From: Pseudomonadota bacterium
Lineage (GTDB): Bacteria > Desulfobacterota > JAZDOA01
Reading direction: 5' to 3'
DNA: 64,000 bases
Assembly: GCA_043799175.1 (NCBI GenBank)
Contig: JAZDOA010000156.1
Span: 1,242 to 65,241, forward strand
The position numbers were made by a program, and so were the translations under genes. This document shows, in pieces, positions 57,226-64,000 of this stretch; the stretch's first letter is position 1, and each line of letters opens with the position of its first letter. The notes under the pieces are model-generated. The model was not told the DNA's origin and made no database searches. It saw only the letters and a list, made by a program, of their open reading frames with translations.

Positions 57226-58934
57226 TCAACCACTCCGTTGTCGCCCGCGCGGCGGATTGCTCTGATGTTGAGCCGCAGGCCGCGGGTACCCCGCCAGGTG
57301 TTGATCTCGGGCTGAAAGGCTACGTCAACGGCGGTGGCGGGTTGTTCGGTCCAGAGCCCAAAGCCCACGGCCTCGAACCTGATCCCATTGCAGCCGAAAA
57401 AACTGGCCTTGAGGTGGGTCTCCTTCATTTGGCTCCAGGACAGGGGAGTCAGGCCGGCCGCGGCAAAGAGAGGCCGGGGGTTGCCGATGCCGTGAGGCTC
57501 CAGCGCGGCCAACTCCTCGGCCAGGCGGAAGTTTACCCGCTCGAGCGGCAGTTCCATATCAAGCTCTATGGCGGGCCGCAGGTCTTCCGCGCTCAGGCAG
57601 CCCGCGCAATAGGCATCGAAAACCTCCCGGAAGGTGTTGAGGTTTTCATCCTTGACCAGCATGCCGGCCGCCTGCCGGTGTCCACCGTAGCGCTCCAGCA
57701 GGTGCTCGCAGGCGCGGAGTGCCTCGAAGAGGTGCAGGCCCTTGATGCTGCGCGCCGACCCGCGCCAGAAGCCGTTTTCTTCAGCCATGACGATAGTCGG
57801 CCGCCAGTAGTGCTCCGCCAGGCGCGAGGCCACGATGCCCAGAATTCCGGGATGCCAGCCCTCGGAGTACACCAGCAGGGAGAAGCCCGGCGGGCCGGCG
57901 CCGTCTATCATCAGACGGCACTCCTCCTGGGTGGCGGCCTCTATGGCCTGGCGCTGGGTGTTTTGGCCGTCAAGCTCGGTGGCCAGTTGCGTGGCCTCGG
58001 CCAAGTCCGTGGTAAGCAGCAGCCTGAGCGCCCGGACGGCGTCACCCATGCGGCCGGCTGCGTTGAGGCGCGGCCCCAGCCGGAACCCGACGTCGGCGCT
58101 GCTCACCGCTCCCGTACACCGGGAGACGGCCTTGAGCCTGGCCAGCCCCAGCCGTTTGGTGGTCTCCAGGCACCTGAGGCCGGCTTTGGCCATTATGCGG
58201 TTTTCTTCCTTCAGCGGGGCCAGGTCGGCGATGGTTCCGAGGGCGACGAGGTCCAGCCAGTCTTGAGGGGTGGGAAGTTCTGGCCGGCCCGCCATGCGGG
58301 TGCGCACCGCGCAGGCCAGGTAGAAGGCCAGGCCCACGGCCGCCATTGCCTTGAAGGGAAACTCGCAGCCCGGCTGCTTGGGGTTGATGACGGCCACGGC
58401 GTAAAACCTGCCTGCCGGCACTTCGTGATGATCCACCACGATGGTGTCGATTCCGGCCTCGGCGGCGCGAATGATGCGCTCCGAGTCGCTTATGCCGCAG
58501 TCCAGCGTGATGAGAAGATCGGGGCGGGTGGCCAGCACCCGGCTCAGCGCCGCATCAGTAAGGCCGTAGCCCTCGGAGAGCCTGTCGGGCAGGACGCACT
58601 CCGGCCGAAGCCCCAGCGCCCCGAGGAGCTCGAGCATTATGGCCGCCGAGGTGACCCCGTCAACGTCATAATCCGCAAAGATGGTTACCCGCTGGCCCGC
58701 CTCCACCGCCTGGGTGATGCGGACGACCGCCGCCTCCATGCCTTTCATCAGATACGGGTCGCGCAGGTCCGCCAGGCGCGGTTCAAGAAAATTCTGGGCT
58801 GCGGCTGCATCGGTTATGCCCCGCCGCACCAGAACGGAGGCCACCTCGGGCAGGATGCCCAGGGAGTGCCCCAGATCAAAGGCCTCGCCAGCGGCCGGCC
58901 TGAACAACCATCTGCTTGAACGCCCCAAAACCAA
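57222..58934 (-). CDS. recJ: Single-stranded-DNA-specific exonuclease RecJ
   Basis: DHH motifs (IFADYDVDGVTS and VDHH) and DHHA1 domain; 570 aa. Confidence 0.9.
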   Translation of the reverse strand: MVLGRSSRWLFRPAAGEAFDLGHSLGILPEVASVLVRRGITDAAAAQNFLEPRLADLRDPYLMKGMEAAVVRITQAVEAGQRVTIFADYDVDGVTSAAIMLELLGALGLRPECVLPDRLSEGYGLTDAALSRVLATRPDLLITLDCGISDSERIIRAAEAGIDTIVVDHHEVPAGRFYAVAVINPKQPGCEFPFKAMAAVGLAFYLACAVRTRMAGRPELPTPQDWLDLVALGTIADLAPLKEENRIMAKAGLRCLETTKRLGLARLKAVSRCTGAVSSADVGFRLGPRLNAAGRMGDAVRALRLLLTTDLAEATQLATELDGQNTQRQAIEAATQEECRLMIDGAGPPGFSLLVYSEGWHPGILGIVASRLAEHYWRPTIVMAEENGFWRGSARSIKGLHLFEALRACEHLLERYGGHRQAAGMLVKDENLNTFREVFDAYCAGCLSAEDLRPAIELDMELPLERVNFRLAEELAALEPHGIGNPRPLFAAAGLTPLSWSQMKETHLKASFFGCNGIRFEAVGFGLWTEQPATAVDVAFQPEINTWRGTRGLRLNIRAIRRAGDNGVVE

Positions 58935-58997
58935 CGGAAGAAGAACCTCGGTGAGGAATGAATGGCTGCCGCACTATAGCAGGGCCAGGGCGCGGCA

Positions 58998-59438
58998 TCA
59001 ATCGAGGTGAGCCAGGACCTCGCGCGGGTCGAAGGGCTTTCGCAGGACGAAGTCAATATTGCCGCCCAAGGCGGAAGCGGCCGGTTTAGCGACGTCCCAG
59101 CCGGTCATGATGCCCACCGAGGTCGAGGGGCTGGAGGCCTTTATCCGCTCGGCGACCTCCCAACCGTTCATTCCCGGCATGCCCAGGTCGGTCAGGACCA
59201 GGTCGAAATCCTCCTTCGCGGCCTTGTCGATCCCCTCCTGGGCCGTGGCCGCGATGGTGACCTGACGGTTGGCGGTGGAGAGGAGTTCGCTAAGGCTCTC
59301 GAGCAGCGAAATCTCGTCGTCGATAATGAGCAGCTTCTTGGTATGCCGGCTGTCTTCGGCGGCCTTCCGGCGGCGTGGCGGCCTGCGGTGGCCGACCTTC
59401 GCCACGACCAGGCAGGGGGCCGTCTTCCTGGTCTCCAC
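58998..59438 (-). CDS. Response-regulator receiver domain protein; 5' end ambiguous and may be the C-terminal domain of the upstream sensor
   Basis: KLLIIDDE...D LGMPGMNGWE...T...K receiver motifs; no canonical start near the domain; the GTG at 59438 lies inside the upstream ORF. Confidence 0.6.
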   Translation of the reverse strand: METRKTAPCLVVAKVGHRRPPRRRKAAEDSRHTKKLLIIDDEISLLESLSELLSTANRQVTIAATAQEGIDKAAKEDFDLVLTDLGMPGMNGWEVAERIKASSPSTSVGIMTGWDVAKPAASALGGNIDFVLRKPFDPREVLAHLD

Positions 59439-60468
59439 CTGCCGGGCGCAGGCTGACCGTCAGCTTCACGACACGGCCCGACACCGCGCGGATGGCAATC
59501 TTGTGCTCACGCCAGTGGCGCTGGCGCAGGTCCCGGAGTATCTCGGCCACCACCAGCCGCCGGGTCTCCTTGGGCAGCAGGGCGGAAAAACGGTGGCCCA
59601 CGAGATCCCTGGCCGGCCGGCCCCAGATGGCGGCGGCGGCCGCGTTCAGCTTCAGCAGTCTGCCCGTCTGGCCGAATATGAGGATTGGACTGGTGTTACA
59701 GTCAACCAGCTCCTCGACAACGGCCGAGATCCGCCGTATCTCCTGTTGCTGAACGAGCGCGCGGCGCATGAAGCGCTCCACCTCCAGCCCCAGGCCTTGG
59801 TTGAGTGCATCCAGCCGGCGTTTCAGCTCTACGCTCTTGAGCATCTGGGCCGCGGTGGCGGACAGCAGCACCAGGGCGTGCTCTATGTGCCGGGAGGGCA
59901 ACTCCGCGAGCGGGCTGCCAAGCTTGATGATCCCCAACCGTTCCTCGTCGGCTCGCATGGGCGCCAGGGCCACGAAGCCGCGCTGGTCCTCGTCCGGTTT
60001 GGGGTAGGTGAGCGTGGGGTACTGAGACCGGAAGGCATCCGCCAGTGGTCCGTTGCTGGCCGAGTATACCGCCGGGTGCCGGCCGCAGGTGGAACCGGCC
60101 TCCCGAAGCTCGTCCCGCCGTCTGTCGTAGAGGTAGATGTGACAGCACTCGAACTCCAGCTCCGCGGCCAGGACCACCGACGCCGAGGAGCAGACTTCTT
60201 CAGGGGTATTCGCCTCGGACAAGACGTCACTGAGGCGGCGGATCGCCGAGAGCACCCGGAGCAACTCCTCGTAGCGCTGCTGGACGAGCGAAATCTCGCG
60301 AGGATAGACTTCATGCCAGCCGCTCGCCTCCTCGAGCATGTCAAGGAGCCCGTTCAGGCGACGGATCATCTCCGGGGTACCGGCGGCCGGATCGAGGCGG
60401 GCCGTGTGATCTCCCCGCTCGATTTGATCGAGCAGCGTGCTGAAGGCGTCTGTACAGTCCCTTGCCAC
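59290..60468 (-). CDS. GAF/PAS-domain signalling protein; the C-terminal ~50 aa are low-complexity read-through overlapping the REC gene
   Basis: GAF-like middle region followed by a PAS-like segment (PILIFGQTGRLLKLNAAAAAIWG); the tail (Pro/Arg/Gly-rich) overlaps REC ORF 58998-59438 by 149 nt. Confidence 0.55.
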   Translation of the reverse strand: MARDCTDAFSTLLDQIERGDHTARLDPAAGTPEMIRRLNGLLDMLEEASGWHEVYPREISLVQQRYEELLRVLSAIRRLSDVLSEANTPEEVCSSASVVLAAELEFECCHIYLYDRRRDELREAGSTCGRHPAVYSASNGPLADAFRSQYPTLTYPKPDEDQRGFVALAPMRADEERLGIIKLGSPLAELPSRHIEHALVLLSATAAQMLKSVELKRRLDALNQGLGLEVERFMRRALVQQQEIRRISAVVEELVDCNTSPILIFGQTGRLLKLNAAAAAIWGRPARDLVGHRFSALLPKETRRLVVAEILRDLRQRHWREHKIAIRAVSGRVVKLTVSLRPAGGDQEDGPLPGRGEGRPPQAATPPEGRRRQPAYQEAAHYRRRDFAAREP

Positions 60469-60729
60469 GGTGATACCTCGCGGAGCGTCCGGGTCAGCTT
60501 CCGTCTCTCGCAGCCGGCACCCTCTCGGCCTTCAAACAGCCACAAAGAGACCACGGGTGCCGGAGCTTGCCTGGCGCGGCTCGCGCCCGTCCCCCTTGTT
60601 ATCGGGCTACCCCGCCAAGTACTTGAGATAGGGACAAATGCTCATACCGCGCCCAGCTTGCGCGCCTCCGTGGCGTCCGAGGTCATTTTGCCGTTGAGTT
60701 AATGTGGAATCGGTCGTTAATATGCTTGC

Positions 60730-60960
60730 ATGTCAACCAGCACCATTGCCGTCTACCGGCTCGATCCCGCGCTGATTCATCTGCTGAGGTTCTCTCTGGA
60801 GGGCTATGAGGGAGTGGCCTTGCTCACCACCCTTGATTCCCGGCGCGGGCTGGTGAGGCTGCACATTGCGCCCGGCTGTGAAGACGTGGTTGGAGGCCTG
60901 CTGCGCGAGTTGGCCCCAGAACTGCATCTGGAACCACACCGCGAGTCACTAGAAATTTAA
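60730..60960 (+). CDS. DUF4911-like small protein
   Basis: 76 aa with a YRLDP...RF.LE.YEG.A...TLD...G.VRL.IAPGCE pattern typical of DUF4911; candidate promoter TTGAGT-17-TTAATA immediately upstream. Confidence 0.5.
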   Translation: MSTSTIAVYRLDPALIHLLRFSLEGYEGVALLTTLDSRRGLVRLHIAPGCEDVVGGLLRELAPELHLEPHRESLEI

Positions 60961-60970
60961 GGAGGGATGA

Positions 60971-61375
60971 TTGTTGCGAAAAATCCTCTGGCTGGTTCTT
61001 CCACTCGCCGGTTGGCTGGCGCTGTGCGGAATGGGGATGCTGCCGGAATCCGAAACCAGCGTGCCGCGAACGAAGGAGAACTTCGCGGCCACCGTCTACG
61101 ACGACAGCGGTGTCAGCACCAGGCTCACCCACTTCAGCATAAATGGGGACACCTTCCTCCCGGCGCGTCGCGGCGCGGGCAGCCTGGCCATTCCCTTCGA
61201 GCAACTCCGGGAAATCAGCCTGGCGCAGGGGAAGGCAAGCGTCGTCATTCAAGGGAAGCCGCCCCCGGAGGTCTGCCTGGACCGCGACCTGACGGCCCAA
61301 GGGCTCTCCGACTACGGGCCCTATCGTATAAAGCTTAACAAGATCCGCCGGATAGTCATAGATGGCAGGCTCTAG
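60971..61375 (+). CDS. Putative lipoprotein (hypothetical)
   Basis: Signal peptide with lipobox (LAGWLALCG); 134 aa. Confidence 0.5.
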   Translation: MLRKILWLVLPLAGWLALCGMGMLPESETSVPRTKENFAATVYDDSGVSTRLTHFSINGDTFLPARRGAGSLAIPFEQLREISLAQGKASVVIQGKPPPEVCLDRDLTAQGLSDYGPYRIKLNKIRRIVIDGRL

Positions 61376-61384
61376 CGGGCCGTG

Positions 61385-62065
61385 TCAGCGGCGCCGCGCG
61401 CCCGCGGTCCCGCCGCCGCTGTAGCGATACCTCTCCGTGAAGGCCCTGGCCAGAACGAAACCCGCGGCGAAGCCGCCTATATGGGCATGCCAGGCCACCG
61501 CGCCTCCCTGGCCGGCCCCACTGAGCTGCAAGAGAAACCAGCCTGCCAGCAATATGAAGGCCGGCACCCGGACCACTCTGATGAAGAGCAGGGTCTGAAT
61601 TCTGGCGCGCGGGAAGAGAACGGCATAGGCTCCAAGCAGCCCCGCGATGGCCCCACTGGCTCCGACAATGGGCAGCTTGCCGTCGGGGGCCACCAGAATC
61701 TGGATGAAGGCCGCGACGAAGCCGCAAAGAAGATAGAAGCCCGCAAAGCGCGGGTGCCCCATGGAGCCTTCCACGTTGGGGCCGAAGATCCACAGGTAGA
61801 GCATATTGCCCAGCAGGTGCAGCAGCCCGCCGTGTACAAACAGCCCGGTGATCATCGTCAGCGGCAGGGGCACGATGGCCGGCGGCCCGATGTCCACCAT
61901 ATGGGTGATCTCGTAGGGTATCGTCCCGGCGGTGGTGGCCAGTCGCCCGATTCCCACGTCATTGGCCAGCAGCGAATACGCACAAATGGCCGCATTGACG
62001 GCCAGAAGCGCAAAGGTTACCGTCGGCCGCCCGAAGGCCCGCCTTTCATCCTTGAGAGGGAACAT
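61385..62065 (-). CDS. Rhomboid-family intramembrane serine protease
   Basis: Catalytic GASGA(I) motif (IVGASGAIAGLLGAY) and the His in ...FAAH-like helix (AWHAHIGGFAAG); 226 aa with six TM helices. Confidence 0.85.
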   Translation of the reverse strand: MFPLKDERRAFGRPTVTFALLAVNAAICAYSLLANDVGIGRLATTAGTIPYEITHMVDIGPPAIVPLPLTMITGLFVHGGLLHLLGNMLYLWIFGPNVEGSMGHPRFAGFYLLCGFVAAFIQILVAPDGKLPIVGASGAIAGLLGAYAVLFPRARIQTLLFIRVVRVPAFILLAGWFLLQLSGAGQGGAVAWHAHIGGFAAGFVLARAFTERYRYSGGGTAGARRR

Positions 62066-62345
62066 GCCCGAGGCTTGTAGCAGATCGCGGCATGGGGGGC
62101 AACATCCGTCAAGCTAACGATACTTCGCGCGACTGCCGAAGAGTATGCTGACGGCGTCAGGGAAGGGTTCTTGCAAGGCAGGCACCCGGATAATTTGCCC
62201 TTGCGAAGGTTCTGAGCCTGTTATAGCCTCAAACTGTCACGGCGACGCGACGTTGGCCTTTGGCCGATGCCGTGGGTGGAAGACCGCCGCGAGGCACGCC
62301 CGGCCGGAGCCGCCAGCTTGCGGAAAGGCTGCCTTTGGGCCGAAG

Positions 62346-62374
62346 TGCTTTTGGACCAAACTGCTTTTGGACCA
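62346..62374 (+). repeat. Tandem direct repeat TGCTTTTGGACCA x2 (16-nt period) in the miaB 5' region
   Basis: GTGCTTTTGGACCAAACTGCTTTTGGACCAGG, about 10-40 nt upstream of the miaB start. Confidence 0.5.
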
Positions 62375-62384
62375 GGATGGGCAC

Positions 62385-63776
62385 GTGATTCGCCGCTACT
62401 ACATCAAGACCATGGGCTGCCAGATGAACGTCCACGATTCTCAGGTCATGGCCGCCATGCTCGAGCACGACGGCTGGCAGGCGGCCTCCGGCCCCGCCGA
62501 TGCCGATCTGATAATCATCAATACCTGCTCCATCCGCGAGAAAGCCGAACAGAAGGTCCATTCTCTGCTCGGAAGGCTGGCCATCCTCAAGCAGGCCAAA
62601 CGCTCGATGATCATGGCCGCCTGTGGCTGCGTGGCGCAGCAGAAGGGCAGGGCGCTTCTTGATAGCGCCCCGCACCTGGACCTCGTCTTCGGCACCCAGC
62701 AGATCGCCCGGCTGAACACCCTCCTCGCCGAAGTGGGGCAGGGGCGCCGCCGCTGCGAACTGGCCATGGCCCATCCCTTCCCGCAGGTGGAGCGCACAAC
62801 GCCCGCGGGCATCAAGGCCTTCGTCAGCATCATGCAGGGCTGTGACAATTTCTGTACCTACTGCATAGTCCCGTACGTTCGCGGCCGAGAGGTAAGCCGC
62901 CCCGTCGCTGACGTCCTCAACGAGGTCAGCGGCCTGCTGTCGCGAGGCATCAACGAGATTACGCTCCTCGGGCAGAACGTCAATTCCTACGGCAAGCGGG
63001 TGCTCGGCAACGGCAGCGAGCGTCCCCGGTTCGTGGATCTGCTCACCGATCTCGCCAGATGTGAGGGCCGCCAGGGAGAGCGGCTGAAGCGTATCCGCTT
63101 CACCACTTCTCATCCGCGAGACCTCTCGCCCCAGCTCGCCGCGCTCTTCGGCAGTCTCGAGCCCCTCTGCGAGCACATTCATCTTCCGGTGCAGTCGGGC
63201 TCCTCGCGCCTGCTTCAGCTCATGCACCGCGGCTACGACCGCGACGACTATCGCCAGAGAATCTCCTGGCTGCGCGAAAGCTGCCCCGACATCGCCATAA
63301 CCACCGACATCATCATCGGCTTTCCCGGTGAAACCGAAGACGACTTCGAACAGACCCTGGATCTGCTCCAGGAGACAGGCTTCGATGGGGCCTTCTCCTT
63401 CAAATATTCCGACCGCCCCCCCGCCAAGGCGGTCAGCTTCGCCGCCAAGGTCGCCGAAGAGATCAAAGACCAGCGGCTGGCCCGCCTTCAGGACCTTCAG
63501 GCGGCAATCACCTTTTCCAAGAACCGCGCTCTCATGGGCACGACCCAGGAAGTACTGGTCGAAGGGGCAAGCAAGCGCGGCGGGACCCTCACCGGGCGCA
63601 CCCGCTGCAACCGCATCGTCCACTTTGCAGGGCCTTCTGACCTCGTTGGGCAACTCCTCGATGTACACATAACCGAGGCCCACACCCATTCCCTGAAGGG
63701 GCGCCTGGAGGACAAGCCGCGTTCGGCTCTCCGCCAGGGCCAAGCACGCTGCAAGGAGAGCTTATGTACCGCCTGA
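62385..63776 (+). CDS. miaB: tRNA-2-methylthio-N6-dimethylallyladenosine synthase
   Basis: MTTase N-domain (YIKTMGCQMNVHDS), radical-SAM CxxxCxxC (CDNFCTYC) and TRAM domain; start GTG at 62385 or ATG at 62412 (the ORF-track frame opens at 62145). Confidence 0.9.
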   Translation: MIRRYYIKTMGCQMNVHDSQVMAAMLEHDGWQAASGPADADLIIINTCSIREKAEQKVHSLLGRLAILKQAKRSMIMAACGCVAQQKGRALLDSAPHLDLVFGTQQIARLNTLLAEVGQGRRRCELAMAHPFPQVERTTPAGIKAFVSIMQGCDNFCTYCIVPYVRGREVSRPVADVLNEVSGLLSRGINEITLLGQNVNSYGKRVLGNGSERPRFVDLLTDLARCEGRQGERLKRIRFTTSHPRDLSPQLAALFGSLEPLCEHIHLPVQSGSSRLLQLMHRGYDRDDYRQRISWLRESCPDIAITTDIIIGFPGETEDDFEQTLDLLQETGFDGAFSFKYSDRPPAKAVSFAAKVAEEIKDQRLARLQDLQAAITFSKNRALMGTTQEVLVEGASKRGGTLTGRTRCNRIVHFAGPSDLVGQLLDVHITEAHTHSLKGRLEDKPRSALRQGQARCKESLCTA

Positions 63777-64000
63777 TGTCGGTGTTCGGACTCACCATCG
63801 ATCCCTTCACCAACTCTCCCATCATGATCCTCAAGGAGACGGAGGGAGAGAAATCCCTGCCCATCTGGATCGGGCTGCTCGAGGCCACCGCCATAGCCTC
63901 CGAGCTGGAGAACGTGCAGTTCGCCCGCCCCATGACCCACGATCTGCTCAAAAGCATCCTGGAGCAGATGGGCGCGACCGTCTCCAAAGTGGAGGTGTGC
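63764..64000 (+). CDS. Bifunctional nuclease (DUF151/BFN) domain protein (3' end lies beyond the window)
   Basis: N-terminus DPFTNSPIMILKETEGEKSLPIWIGLLEATAIA...PMTHDL typical of DUF151; SD AAGGAGAG; overlaps the miaB stop. Confidence 0.6.
   Translation, partial: MYRLMSVFGLTIDPFTNSPIMILKETEGEKSLPIWIGLLEATAIASELENVQFARPMTHDLLKSILEQMGATVSKVEVC

Noticed and set aside
55888-58919. Plus-strand ORFs 55888-57075 and 57342-58919 antisense to phosphomannomutase and recJ
   Set aside because: Antisense artefacts of high GC; no motifs.
59269-60702. 477-aa plus-strand ORF antisense to the GAF/PAS sensor gene
   Set aside because: Composition-biased translation; the sense strand has recognisable GAF/PAS content.
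62229-63743. 504-aa minus-strand ORF antisense to miaB
   Set aside because: miaB motifs are unambiguous on the plus strand.
1-64000. CRISPR arrays, rRNA, tRNA, integrase or transposase genes
   Set aside because: None found: there are no regularly spaced direct repeats with spacers, no rRNA- or tRNA-like structures in intergenic regions, and no recombinase motifs. The low-GC defence insert lacks an obvious integrase or flanking direct repeats within the visible sequence.

Overview
This 64-kb window is a high-GC (about 62–66%) chromosomal segment of a sulfate-reducing Desulfobacterota-type organism, and it is densely packed with energy-metabolism genes. From start to end it carries: an 11-subunit complex I operon (nuoA-B-C-D-H-I-J-K-L-M-N, with no nuoEFG); a Tmc-like membrane redox module (NarI-type cytochrome b, an HdrD-like CCG protein and a tetraheme cytochrome c3-like protein); era, a radical-SAM gene and rnc on the minus strand; a tightly coupled plus-strand operon (nfnA-nfnB, an ADP-forming acyl-CoA synthetase, a DRTGG protein, pyrR, a hypothetical protein and yjbQ); the dissimilatory sulfite reductase cluster dsrA-dsrB-dsrD-dsrN followed by a Cys-rich zinc-ribbon protein and a HEAT-repeat protein; a 1.1-kb non-coding stretch full of short inverted and direct repeats; periplasmic tetraheme cytochrome c3 with an orphan hydrogenase maturation protease; the quinone-reductase complex qrcABCD followed by a 59-aa membrane peptide missing from the ORF track; a signalling cluster (sensor histidine kinase with an apparent 1-nt frameshift, a CheY-like regulator and a REC–HD-GYP protein); an M29 aminopeptidase and a cupin protein; then a low-GC (about 48–50%) two-gene insert encoding an ABC/SMC-type AAA ATPase and a small TOPRIM-like partner that resembles DUF4276. 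This last pair has the architecture of a PARIS/AbiL/split-OLD-type antiphage system and is the strongest candidate for an accessory or novel defence system in the window. Downstream housekeeping genes follow: mutM, a GGDEF protein, prfB with its classical programmed +1 frameshift, lnt, corC, speB-speH, an XRE-cupin regulator, nadK, a DUF1015 protein, a tRNA m6A methyltransferase, phosphomannomutase, recJ, a PAS/GAF sensor overlapping a REC gene, a rhomboid protease, miaB and the 5' end of a DUF151 bifunctional-nuclease gene. I saw no rRNA, tRNA or CRISPR array. The many long antisense ORFs in the track are high-GC artefacts.
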